Shown here: one piece after another, positions 1 to 8,760 of the stretch
Layout of the letters: each line of letters begins with the position of its first letter
How positions within the stretch are numbered: position 1 is the stretch's first letter
NCBI GenBank assembly: GCA_000437855.1
Contig: FR902206.1
Span: 5,080 to 69,079 of the forward strand
Reading direction: 5' to 3'
DNA: 64,000 nucleotides
Origin: Clostridium sp. CAG:567
GTDB lineage: Bacteria > Bacillota > Clostridia > TANB77 > CAG-508
Notes under the pieces: model-generated
Database searches by the model: none
The model's input: only the letters and a program-made list of their open reading frames with translations
What the model was told of the DNA's origin: nothing
Made by a program: the position numbers and the translations under genes

Positions 1-1
1 T

Positions 2-151
2 TACTCAATCGAAATATCTGATGAAAATTATCAAGAAGAATATAAGGTAATAGATGATCATGGTGAAACTATTGCAAAATGGATTGATATTGATGAATTT
101 AAAAATAAGAACAAAATACTGTATCCAAAAGAAGTATTTAAATATATTTAA
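2..151 (+). CDS. 3' end of a CDS that starts left of the window (function unknown)
   Basis: Frame 2 is open from the window edge to TAA 149-151 (..HGETIAKWIDIDEFKNKNKILYPKEVFKYI*). No start codon in window. Confidence 0.4.
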   Translation, partial: YSIEISDENYQEEYKVIDDHGETIAKWIDIDEFKNKNKILYPKEVFKYI

Positions 152-172
152 TTCATAGCTATTCCCTACCAC

Positions 173-1348
173 ATGAAAGGAGGTGATAAAGGTGTGGTAG
201 GAAATATCGAAAAACGTGGAGAGAATTCATATAGATTAAGAGTTTCTGGTGGCTACACAGGAGAAGGCAAAAAAATTATCTATAAAAAGACTGTTCAAGC
301 TAAAAACAAAAATGAAGCTAGAAAAGAATTAGCATTATTTATATCTGAAATAGAAACTGGACAAGCCTTATCTGCAAAAAAGATGCGTTTTAGAGATTAT
401 GCTGATTTTTGGATTAACAATTATGCTATTCCAAATTTGTCTCCTAAAACTTATGAAAGATATAAAAGTATGTTAAGGTCAAGGATTCTCCCCTATCTCG
501 GCAACATGTATTTAGACAAAATTCAACCAATGCAATTAATGTATTTATATCAAGAATTAAGTGAATCAACATATATTAGAAAAAATATTAAACATAAGTT
601 ATCTTCAAAAACTGTACTGGAACATCACAGATTATTACATTCTATGTTACAACAAGCAGTATATTGGCAAATGATTCCATACAATCCTGCATCAAGGGTA
701 AGACCACCTAAAGCTAAAAATCCAAGTATTAATTTCTATGATGATGTACAAACAATTGCATTAATTAAGGCATTGGAAAGTGAAGAATTAAAGTTTCGAG
801 TCATTATCCTTTTAACAATTTTCACAGGATTAAGACGTGGAGAAGTTTTAGGATTAGAATTGCAAGATGTAGACTTAAAAAATTCTTCAATTACTGTAAG
901 ACAGGCTAGTCAATATGTTTCTTCTATTGGTATCTATACAAAAGATCCTAAAACTGAAACATCAAACAGGGTTATTAGAATCCCTGATTCAATTACTAAA
1001 CTTTTAAAAGATTACAAAAGAAAACAATCAAAAAAAAGATTAAAATTAGGAGACAAATGGCAAAATACAAATCGATTATTTGTACAATGGAATGGTTCTC
1101 CTATGCATCCAGATACAATTACAAAATGGTTTAGGCAGTTCCTAGAAGATAAAAACTTGCCACATATTACATTTCATGGCTTACGCCATACACATGCAAC
1201 TTTGCTTATTGCACAAGGATTAGATGTTAGAACTGTTAGTAATAGATTAGGACATGCTCAAACATCTACAACATTAAATATCTATGCCCATGCATTTGCG
1301 AGAATGGACAGAGAGGCATCAGATAAACTTGATAATCTTTCTTTATAG
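173..1348 (+). CDS. int: tyrosine-type site-specific integrase (phage integrase family)
   Basis: C-terminal catalytic signature ..GLRRGE.., HGLRHTHATLL, RLGHAQTSTTLNIYAH (R..HxxR..H..Y). The true start is probably GTG 194, 8 nt after AGGAGGTG. Confidence 0.93.
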   Translation: MKGGDKGVVGNIEKRGENSYRLRVSGGYTGEGKKIIYKKTVQAKNKNEARKELALFISEIETGQALSAKKMRFRDYADFWINNYAIPNLSPKTYERYKSMLRSRILPYLGNMYLDKIQPMQLMYLYQELSESTYIRKNIKHKLSSKTVLEHHRLLHSMLQQAVYWQMIPYNPASRVRPPKAKNPSINFYDDVQTIALIKALESEELKFRVIILLTIFTGLRRGEVLGLELQDVDLKNSSITVRQASQYVSSIGIYTKDPKTETSNRVIRIPDSITKLLKDYKRKQSKKRLKLGDKWQNTNRLFVQWNGSPMHPDTITKWFRQFLEDKNLPHITFHGLRHTHATLLIAQGLDVRTVSNRLGHAQTSTTLNIYAHAFARMDREASDKLDNLSL

Positions 1349-1475
1349 GGAAGATACAAAAAAATATTTTAAAGCCAATTAGATGCTTATCACATAAATT
1401 TATACAAAAAATTGAAAGGAAAAAAATTCTATGAAAAATTATAATAATAAAGAAGTAAATCAAGACATAACAGTT

Positions 1476-1530
1476 TCTGCTTAAATACTTTTAATTAATT
1501 TCACAATTTAATATTTTATATTTAAGCAGA
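1476..1530 (+). terminator. possible integrase terminator (12-bp perfect inverted repeat, large AT loop)
   Basis: tctgcttaaata (1476-1487) pairs with tatttaagcaga (1519-1530) and is followed by atctttttt. The loop is 31 nt, so this is weak. Confidence 0.4.
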
Positions 1531-1713
1531 ATCTTTTTTATTTTATTTCAAATAGAATTTAATCAAATATATTTATAAATATCGAAAATTCAAGGTTTAC
1601 CAAAAAACCTTTTTATATAGATTTGTGCCAAAATGGTGCCCAATTCATTTTATGTAACTTAAAATGAGCAAAAAATAAGAGTCCACAATCTCTTGCGACT
1701 CTAATAAAATTTT

Positions 1714-1761
1714 TGGTTGCGGAGGTAAGACTCGAACTTACGACCTTAGAGTTATGAGAAC
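1714..1761 (-). other. tRNA-fMet-like 3' half (anticodon loop to CCA), not part of a complete tRNA; att-type remnant
   Basis: The reverse complement reads GTTCTCATAAC-TCTAAGGTC-GTAAG-TTCGAGT-CTTAC-CTCCGCA-A-CCA (CAT loop, T arm, acceptor 3' strand, CCA). No D arm or 5' acceptor strand lies upstream. Confidence 0.7.
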
Positions 1762-1763
1762 CA

Positions 1764-1825
1764 GCGGTCAAATCCCGTTATTTCCATTGTTTTTTGTTTC
1801 GGTTGTGGTCAAAAAAGTGGTCAAA
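1764..1825. repeat. three direct copies of (G)NGGTCAAA next to the tRNA fragment (candidate arm-type recombinase sites)
   Basis: gcGGTCAAA at 1764-1772; gtGGTCAAA at 1805-1813 and 1817-1825. Confidence 0.45.
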
Positions 1826-1830
1826 TTATG

Positions 1831-2286
1831 CTAATCGTCTAGTGAGACTGCATCTTTAGCTTTAGCTGCATCTTTAGCTTTAGCTGTATCTTTAGCATTC
1901 TCTTTATCTAAAATACTAATTGTCTTATATTTTTTGCCTTGTATTTCAATATAACCATTTTCATTTTCTTCATAAATGATTGCATAACTTATTTTATCGG
2001 ATGTGTCTTCAAAAAAATATTTAATAACACAGTTTCCCTTTTTTAAACATATCTTTGCTGATTCGTACCATAAACATGAATTTGGTTCTTTTAAATCAGG
2101 ACAATATACATCCAAAAGTTCAAATTCTCTATTATTAATTAATACACTTATTGATTCATCTTCTAACTTAAAGCTAGGGTCATTTGTAATTGTTTTTAAA
2201 CACTCTATTAATGATATATGCTCTCCAACTCTTGGGTAATCTGCTTTGGCAAAATTTTTTATTTTTTCTTTTAGTTCTTCATTCAT
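1831..2286 (-). CDS. hypothetical protein, C-terminal AKD-rich repeat
   Basis: 151-aa ORF in an operon-like arrangement with the 2303-2491 gene (16-nt gap). No motif recognised. Confidence 0.6.
   Translation of the reverse strand: MNEELKEKIKNFAKADYPRVGEHISLIECLKTITNDPSFKLEDESISVLINNREFELLDVYCPDLKEPNSCLWYESAKICLKKGNCVIKYFFEDTSDKISYAIIYEENENGYIEIQGKKYKTISILDKENAKDTAKAKDAAKAKDAVSLDD
1849..1896. repeat. 18-bp tandem repeat, about 2.7 copies, inside the CDS
   Basis: tgcatctttagctttagc x2 plus a partial third copy. It encodes AKDAAKAKDAAKAKDT on the minus strand. Confidence 0.8.
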
Positions 2287-2302
2287 ATTATTTCCTCGCT
2301 TT

Positions 2303-2491
2303 CTAAACTATGGCTTCACTAATTATATTACCGCAATCTTTACACATTATATCTGGATCTTGCTCATCTGCACTTTCATTTAATAATGTTCCTGTTAAAT
2401 GTATACCTCCACATATTGGGCATACTGCTAATTTATATCCGATAGGAAGTGGTACACATCTACTAAATTTTATAGAATTATGTTTTTTCAT
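2303..2491 (-). CDS. small zinc-ribbon protein (two CxxC pairs)
   Basis: 62 aa with CPICGG ... CKDCGN. A GAGG-type RBS lies upstream (aggaggtaaaaaaatg on the minus strand). Confidence 0.55.
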   Translation of the reverse strand: MKKHNSIKFSRCVPLPIGYKLAVCPICGGIHLTGTLLNESADEQDPDIMCKDCGNIISEAIV

Positions 2492-2598
2492 TTTTTTACC
2501 TCCTCGATTTATCTTAATTATATTATAAACTGATTCAAATGTTATGTAAAATACAAAAAAATTATAGAGTTATAACTTTTGGTTATAACTCTATTTTC

Positions 2599-3489
2599 TT
2601 ATTTATTTTCTCTTATAAATTTTACTAATTGATTTAATTCTTTAAACTTATTTTTCTTATTTATATATACACCATATTCTATCGGTGGAATTTTAAATTC
2701 TGTTGTCAACTCTGATATTTCTTTATTATTCAATTCCTTTTCTATATATTGTTTACTTATAAGCCCAACAACCTCATTATTTTCTTCTATTATATCTAAC
2801 ATAGCATTATATGTAATATGCTTTGCATTTACTAATTTATCTTCTTCTATTTGTAATGCGTTAATAAAATTATTGGTTGTTACAGACCCCTTTCTAGGCA
2901 AACATATTTGCATATCTATTATATCTTCAATTCTAATTTTCTTTCCTAATAATTTTGAATTATTATTAACTACTAAAATATCTTGAATTTCTCCAATATT
3001 TATAAATTCTATTTTATTATGATTATAGTTATCTGTTTTTTTTGAAATAATAATATCAAGTTTTTCATTTTCTAGTTTGCTTATCATATCAGATAAATCT
3101 GGAGCTAGCATATTTATTAAATCTGTATCAGATATATTAATTGTAATATTCTCATTAATATTAGAAAATTTAGTTAATATTTTACTAAACATTTTGTACA
3201 TACTTACATGTACTCCTAAATTTATATTTCTGTTTTTTCCATATTTAATAAAAATACTATTTAGCGTTTCTACCGCTTCTTTTGCTTCTTCATATATTTT
3301 TTGACCATCAGAAGTTAATTCTATTCCATGATTAGTTCTATTAAATAGTCTTAATTCAAGAGCATTTTCTAAATTTTTAATGTGTTTTGTAACAGCTGGC
3401 TGAGAAATATTTAATTTTTCACTTGCCTTTGTTATATTTTTCTCGTTTGCAACAATTGTAAATATTCTATATAATTCTAAATCTACCAT
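2599..3489 (-). CDS. LysR-family transcriptional regulator
   Basis: N-terminal wHTH NITKASEKLNISQPAVTKHIKNLENALELRLFNRTNHGIELTSDGQ plus a ~200-aa substrate-binding-like C-terminus. Confidence 0.9.
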   Translation of the reverse strand: MVDLELYRIFTIVANEKNITKASEKLNISQPAVTKHIKNLENALELRLFNRTNHGIELTSDGQKIYEEAKEAVETLNSIFIKYGKNRNINLGVHVSMYKMFSKILTKFSNINENITINISDTDLINMLAPDLSDMISKLENEKLDIIISKKTDNYNHNKIEFINIGEIQDILVVNNNSKLLGKKIRIEDIIDMQICLPRKGSVTTNNFINALQIEEDKLVNAKHITYNAMLDIIEENNEVVGLISKQYIEKELNNKEISELTTEFKIPPIEYGVYINKKNKFKELNQLVKFIRENK

Positions 3490-3491
3490 AT

Positions 3492-4313
3492 TTAAATCTC
3501 TCTTTCTACTTGTTTTTGGTCTAATAAATATTCCTCTCCTACTCTCATTGTTTTTGCTCTATATGGCATACGTTTCTCAAATTCCTGACAAACTTCATCT
3601 GATGTGCAATGTGCTAAATAAACACCTTGAACATTATTATTTTGCATATATGATATTGTTTCTAAAGTACTTTCATCCACATTCTTTAAGTGAAAACCTC
3701 CTATAACTGCCAGTATATTTCTTTCACCTGTTATTTTTTTTGCAAATTCAACCGTATTGCATATTCCACTATGTGCACAACCTGATATTACAATTAAACC
3801 TTTTGAAGTCTTTATTGCAATCCCTGTGTCATCTATTGCTACATCATCAGTACCATCTTCTTTTGTCATTGGAAAACTCTTTGTTTCAAAATCAGTTTTT
3901 CTTTCTATTTGACCTAAAAAGAAAATATTTTCTGTTATTTTATATGGTTCTGTAGTTTGTATTAAATCAAACTTTTCTGATAATTCTTCTACCTTTTGAT
4001 TTAATCCTCCATAATTTCCTGTTCTTTTACTTACTCTATAACAATCGCATCCCGGACAGCATATTAAAGGAATCTTTTTATCTATATGTTTTAAACCATT
4101 TCCATGGTCATAATGTCCATGACTTAATACGATTGTATCTAGATCATCTAAATTTACACCTAATTTTTTAGCATTTTTCTTAAATATATCAGTTTGTCCT
4201 GCATCTAACAAAATTTTATATCCATCAACTTCAATATATAATGAAAGTCCATGTTCATTTTCTAATTGTGGATTATTTTTTCTATTATCATTTAAAACAA
4301 CTATTCTAACCAT
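3492..4313 (-). CDS. MBL-fold metallo-hydrolase
   Basis: LSHGHYDHGNG (HxHxDH motif) and later SGCAHSG / LAHCT metal ligands. Only 2 nt from the LysR gene. Confidence 0.88.
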   Translation of the reverse strand: MVRIVVLNDNRKNNPQLENEHGLSLYIEVDGYKILLDAGQTDIFKKNAKKLGVNLDDLDTIVLSHGHYDHGNGLKHIDKKIPLICCPGCDCYRVSKRTGNYGGLNQKVEELSEKFDLIQTTEPYKITENIFFLGQIERKTDFETKSFPMTKEDGTDDVAIDDTGIAIKTSKGLIVISGCAHSGICNTVEFAKKITGERNILAVIGGFHLKNVDESTLETISYMQNNNVQGVYLAHCTSDEVCQEFEKRMPYRAKTMRVGEEYLLDQKQVEREI

Positions 4314-4482
4314 ATATTCCTCCTAAAACTTATATTACAATTTTAACATATTTTTCTATTTTTGTATATGTTTTAAACCAAAACGCTTTTATTTATAACA
4401 GATTTTTCTTAATTATTATGTTATATAATTTAAGTTCTTTTGTCCATTTAAATAGATGAATTTTTCAATTTAGACTTCAAAT

Positions 4483-4623
4483 TTGCCTTCTAGATTACTT
4501 TAATAAGTGAGAAAATTATTTTTCACCTTTTATACATTAATAAAAAAATTTTAGGAAATTTTCAAATTAGGGTTTATTTTTTCCTTCTAAGTGACTGTAC
4601 AAGTGAGAGGATATTTTCTCAAT
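4483..4623. repeat. two related ~40-nt direct repeats in the 374-nt gap upstream of the xis-like gene
   Basis: ccttctagattactttaataagtgagaaaattatttttcac versus ccttctaagtgactgtacaagtgagaggatattttctcaat (shared CCTTCTA..ACT..AAGTGAGA..ATTTT). Confidence 0.4.
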
Positions 4624-4705
4624 TGTTTTTTTACATTAATTATTTCTATTTAATACCCACTTTAGAAATGTACATTAACCAAAAATTATGAAAGGAGGAA
4701 TGCTT

Positions 4706-4909
4706 ATGCAAAGTAGTTTTAAAGCAAAAGAAGATTTACCAGCTGTATTATCTGCAAAAGATATTAGTAAATATTTAGGAATATCAAAAGCTAATTCATA
4801 TCAACTTATGGATAGCAAAGGATTTCCTATATTGAGAATTGGTAAAAGAAAACTTGTACCCAAAGATAAATTTTTGATTTGGATTAACAACAATTTAAAT
4901 TTTAATTAA
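4706..4909 (+). CDS. excisionase-family helix-turn-helix DNA-binding protein
   Basis: LSAKDISKYLGISKANSYQLMDSKGFPILRIGKRKLVPKDKFLIWI matches the MerR/Xis-type HTH pattern. ATG 4706 sits 7 nt after AGGAGG; the track start is 4688. Confidence 0.8.
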   Translation: MQSSFKAKEDLPAVLSAKDISKYLGISKANSYQLMDSKGFPILRIGKRKLVPKDKFLIWINNNLNFN

Positions 4910-5013
4910 CGTCATTTCTTCTTTTGTTTTTCGAATATATAGAAAAATTTGTGTAAAGTTTAAAAATACACCTTCTTATGATATTATATAAATGTCATAA
5001 GGAGGTTTTTTAT

Positions 5014-6239
5014 ATGGCAAAAAGAGAAAAATAAGTGAAGAAAGAAGAAAATTGATTAAGGAATTCATAAGTAGTAATGAATTAAAGACGGCTGGTGATG
5101 TTGAAGATGCATTGAAAAATTTATTCAAAGATACACTTCAAGAAATGTTAAATGCCGAATTAACAGAGCATCTAGGTTACGAAAAAAATGAATATACAGA
5201 TGACAACGAGAATTATAGAAATGGATATTCTAATAAAACCATACATTCATCTCAAGGAGATATATAGTTAAATGTTCCAAGAGATAGACAAGGAAGTTTT
5301 GATCCAATAGTTGTTGAAAAAGGACAAAAAGATATTTCAAACATTGAAAATAAAATAATAATAATGTATGCAAGAGGAATGTCAAATAAGGATATCCATG
5401 ACCAAATAGAAGAAATATATGGCGTAAAAATAAGTCTAGACATGGTAACAGCCATAACAGATAAAATAATACCAGAAATACAAGAATGGAAACAAAGACA
5501 ATTAAATGAGCAATATGCAATAGTATTTGTAGATGCAACATATTTTAGTGTTAAAGAAAATGGAGTTGTAGTGAAAAAAGCCGTATATATAGCATTAGGA
5601 GTAGCAATGGAAGGAGAAAAAGAAATACTTGGATTTTACATAGGAGATTCAGAAAGTGCAAAATATTGGATGAGTGTACTTAATGAATTTAAAAATCGAG
5701 GATTAAAGGATATTCTAATAATGTGTGCAGATGGCTTAAAGGGATTAAAAGAAGCAATAGCAGCAGTATATCCAAAGACTGAATTTCAAAGTTGTATAGT
5801 ACATTTAATTAGAAATACATTGAAATATGTTTCGTACAAAGATAGAAAAGAATTAGCACAAGATTTGAAGTTAATATATACAGCATCAAGAGAAGACGAA
5901 GCATATAGCAATTTACAGGAGTTAAAAGAAAAATGGTCAAAAAGAAAAGTTTCATTAGAAAATTGGGAAAATAATTTGGATAATGTACAGCCATTCTTCA
6001 AATATAGACCACAAACAAGGAAAATTATGTATACAGCAAATGCAATAGAAAGTTTAAATAATTGTTACAAAAGATTAAATAAAGGAAGACGAGTATTTCC
6101 AACGGTTCAAGCATTAGAAAAAGGTATGTATTTATCAACTCAAATGATTATTGAAAAATGGACTAGTAGATACGCAAATTTGGGTGTAACATTGGCAGAA
6201 TTAAATATTTATTTTCCAGATAGGGTTATTATTGACTAA
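5014..6239 (+). pseudogene. IS256-family transposase, disrupted
   Basis: MAKREK then a stop; the frame shifts in the A-run near 5027-5032. The other frame continues ISEERRKLIKEF... There is an in-frame TAG at 5265-5267 inside the conserved GDI*LNVPRDRQGSFDP block. The rest (5364-6239) is a typical DDE mutator transposase. Confidence 0.85.
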
Positions 6240-6255
6240 TTGAAAAAGGCTAATT

Positions 6256-6291
6256 TTAAGCCTGCTAAAATCGAAATTTCAGCAGGCTTAA
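6256..6291 (+). terminator. hairpin after the transposase gene
   Basis: ttaagcctgct ... agcaggcttaa, 11-bp perfect stem. Confidence 0.5.
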
Positions 6292-6455
6292 AAATCATAC
6301 CTTGACAAATTTAAATTTGTCATTTATATTAATTTTTGTTAAAAACATAAATAAATTTTTTCATATTTATGTTTTATATCATAAGAAGTTTAAAGTTTAC
6401 ACAAACTTTTCGATACTCTCATTTACTATGGTCTCAAAGTTCCCACTTATACTTT

Positions 6456-7094
6456 TTATTGTTTTTCTTTATTCCTATTTATTAATTCTTCTACAGCTTT
6501 ATAAACTCCTGTGTATGGATTACAAGTTTCGCTGTCTAATGCTTGTCCTTCTTTTAATTGATATTGTTCTAATCTTTTAGCATTTTCAATAGCTTGTCCT
6601 GTTAAATCTTTAACAGTTAAATATGTATTATTGATCTTTGAATAATTTGGTATTTTTCTTGCCAATTCCTCCTTCAAAGCCTTATTTGAAACAAATACTT
6701 TTGTAGTAAATCCGAAGTGTAGCAAAAACCATAATTCGAATGTAGGAGTTGAAGTTATTATTTCAACCCCATTCTCTGCTGCTAAACTTTTTGCTTCTTC
6801 TATTCGTTGTTTCTTATTTTGTCCTACATCCGTATCAAATACCGCATAAACTTTATCATTTTCTTCTAATTCAATTTCATTGCTCTTGATAAAATTTATT
6901 AAATCTTGCACAATTCCTATAGGGTCTGTGCTATTTCCTTTAGAAAATTTAATAATACATTGTCGACTATTGAAATTATTAAAATATATTTTTTCAGTTT
7001 TATTTTTTCCTTCACATCCAATTATAACAAATGGATTTCTTTTTCTTTTCTCAGTATTTCTTCTTCTTTGTTCAAATCTTCTCATTCCTGCCAT
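6456..7094 (-). CDS. rloB: RloB-like protein (Toprim-like fold)
   Basis: FVIIGCEGKNKTEKIYF, AVFDTDVG (DxD) and STPTFELWFLLHF match the RloB family pattern. The start overlaps the upstream ATPase stop by 13 nt. Confidence 0.85.
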   Translation of the reverse strand: MAGMRRFEQRRRNTEKRKRNPFVIIGCEGKNKTEKIYFNNFNSRQCIIKFSKGNSTDPIGIVQDLINFIKSNEIELEENDKVYAVFDTDVGQNKKQRIEEAKSLAAENGVEIITSTPTFELWFLLHFGFTTKVFVSNKALKEELARKIPNYSKINNTYLTVKDLTGQAIENAKRLEQYQLKEGQALDSETCNPYTGVYKAVEELINRNKEKQ

Positions 7095-8365
7095 AAGCTA
7101 TCACCTGTGGCTACAAAAGGGATTGCTCCATATCTTCCATTTAAATATCCTTTCTGAATATTTTCTGTTTTTCTTACTGAAAAATCATCTAATGGATATA
7201 ATTCAGTAGCACCTTTCTTTGGATCTTTTTCTGCAAACCATATCTGATCTCTTCTAAATAGATCTAATGATAATAAGTTTGTATCATGTGTATTAAATAT
7301 TAACTGAGCATTTCCTTTATTTATTTCTGAATTATGGAAAAATTTGATTATCATTTCTACTAAACTTGGATGTAAACTTCTTTCTATTTCATCAATTCCA
7401 AATATCTTGCCTCTCTCAAATACATTTTTTAACAATGGAGCCATTGCAAATATTATTTTAGTTCCAGAAGATTCATTTGCTAAATCTAAGTTGTATACTT
7501 TTGTTTCCCCGTTTTCACTTGTAATTTCATGAGACATAGTTATACTTTTTATTATGGTTGTTTTTGGTGTAATTACATGTGGTGGAACATTCATGCTTCT
7601 TAATTGCATTATCATATTTGCATCCATTTCAGCTTCTTCTATTTCTATATTATAGTCTTTAATAACAATATCTGCTTCTTCCAACAATTTTAATGTGAAT
7701 TTTTTTAGGCTTTCATTTTCATCATCATTATTATAAGCTTCTATTGAAAATGGATTAAGTTCATTACCTCCTATATAAGTATCAATCATTTCTGCAAACC
7801 ATAAATATGGTGCTCTTGTTTTATCATAATTCCATGTTGTTGCAGTTGCTAGGAATAATTTGTTTTCTAGGTTTTGACTTTTAATTGAATTTAATTTTCC
7901 TTCATCAGACTGTAAGAATTTATATTCTTCACCTGTTCTTTCAAATATTCTGGTCGCTTTTGCTGAAAAATACTGATATAAATACTCTTCATGTATTTTA
8001 TTTTTATCTGCTTTAAAACCATATACATATTTACTATTATTTGTATAAAAAATAAATTCAAATTCGCATGGTTCCACTTTTGTTTTATCATCAAATGCAA
8101 ATGGTTCCATCTGCATTAATTTTTCCCCAGGTTGTCTATTGTTTGATAATCTAACCATCATTATTGCAGCAGAAAATGCACTTATCAAATTAGTTTTTCC
8201 TGATGCATTTGCTCCATATAAAGCTGTAGTTTTTAATATTCTTTCATTGGTTTCATTGAGCGTAACTATATTCTCAATATTTTCATCACCAGTTCCTGCT
8301 TCCATACTAAAAACCTGTTCTTCTTTAAATGATTTGTAATTTTTAACACTAAATTGAATTAACAT
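7082..8365 (-). CDS. AAA/ABC-type ATPase (AAA_21-like, RloA/AbiLi-like)
   Basis: Walker A GANASGKTN, Walker B IFGIDEIERSLHP, H-loop FNTHD, and C-terminal LNGRYGAIPF. ATG 8365 follows AGAGGTG; the track start GTG is 8374. Confidence 0.88.
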   Translation of the reverse strand: MLIQFSVKNYKSFKEEQVFSMEAGTGDENIENIVTLNETNERILKTTALYGANASGKTNLISAFSAAIMMVRLSNNRQPGEKLMQMEPFAFDDKTKVEPCEFEFIFYTNNSKYVYGFKADKNKIHEEYLYQYFSAKATRIFERTGEEYKFLQSDEGKLNSIKSQNLENKLFLATATTWNYDKTRAPYLWFAEMIDTYIGGNELNPFSIEAYNNDDENESLKKFTLKLLEEADIVIKDYNIEIEEAEMDANMIMQLRSMNVPPHVITPKTTIIKSITMSHEITSENGETKVYNLDLANESSGTKIIFAMAPLLKNVFERGKIFGIDEIERSLHPSLVEMIIKFFHNSEINKGNAQLIFNTHDTNLLSLDLFRRDQIWFAEKDPKKGATELYPLDDFSVRKTENIQKGYLNGRYGAIPFVATGDSLWQE

Positions 8366-8475
8366 TTCTCTCACCTCTCTTTATATATTATACTCTATTT
8401 TTCAAAAAATGCAAGTGATTTCAATATTATTTTTATCTTTTTTGTATTTTTTATGCAAATGTTTTAAAAATAATA

Positions 8476-8504
8476 TTGATTTTCTATGTTTTATCTGTTA
8501 TAAT
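8476..8504 (+). promoter_or_regulatory. sigma-A type promoter for the small + strand gene
   Basis: TTGATT (8476-8481), 17-nt spacer, TATAAT (8499-8504). Confidence 0.55.
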
Positions 8505-8577
8505 TAGCTTATCATCAAATTTTTAGAATAAAGTCAAATGGAGGAAGGATTTTAATCCTAGAAAGGCGGTGATATTT

Positions 8578-8724
8578 ATGGCAGGATGTAAAAAGACATC
8601 TGCAGGAATTGCTTCTAAAGCTTCAGAAGTTTTAAGAGATGGTAGATCTTCAGCAAGAACAAAATCTATTGCTGGTTCTGCACTTTCACAGAGGCAACCA
8701 AAACATTCACATAAGAAAAAATAA
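8578..8724 (+). CDS. small basic Ser/Ala-rich protein (48 aa), unknown function
   Basis: ATG follows AAAGGCGGTGA. MAGCKKTSAGIASKASEVLRDGRSSARTKSIAGSALSQRQPKHSHKKK. Locally higher GC, with its own promoter and a downstream hairpin. It is below the ORF-track cutoff. Confidence 0.5.
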   Translation: MAGCKKTSAGIASKASEVLRDGRSSARTKSIAGSALSQRQPKHSHKKK

Positions 8725-8735
8725 TTAAATTGGAA

Positions 8736-8760
8736 GAGCAGACTCATTAATGGTCTGCTC
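8736..8760 (+). terminator. hairpin after the small gene
   Basis: gagcagac-tcattaatg-gtctgctc. The T-run is not immediately adjacent. Confidence 0.4.

Larger units (their letters stand above)
4938..6415 (+). mobile_element. IS256-family insertion sequence (inactive)
   Basis: Imperfect terminal inverted repeats at 4938-4964 and 6389-6415 (tatAGAAAAaTTTGTGTAAAgTTTAAA versus its reverse-complement counterpart, 24 of 29 matches). They enclose a mutator-type transposase. No 8-bp target duplication is seen. Confidence 0.8.

Noticed and set aside
1266-1463. The 65-aa minus-strand ORF overlapping the integrase 3' end, and similar small ORFs at 2003-2239, 2310-2528, 3077-3304, 3740-3955 and 27598-27807.
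   Set aside because: They are antisense to or overlapping supported genes, with no RBS and shadow-frame composition.
5265-5267. An in-frame TAG in the IS256 transposase, considered as possible programmed readthrough or pyrrolysine.
   Set aside because: The gene also has a 5' frameshift, no Pyl machinery is visible in the window, and the TAG falls within a conserved block where ordinary residues are expected. It is a pseudogene.
6302-6580. The 92-aa + strand ORF spanning the IS256 right end and the 3' end of rloB.
   Set aside because: It crosses the IS terminal repeat and runs antisense to rloB. Its hydrophobic, low-complexity translation marks it as spurious.
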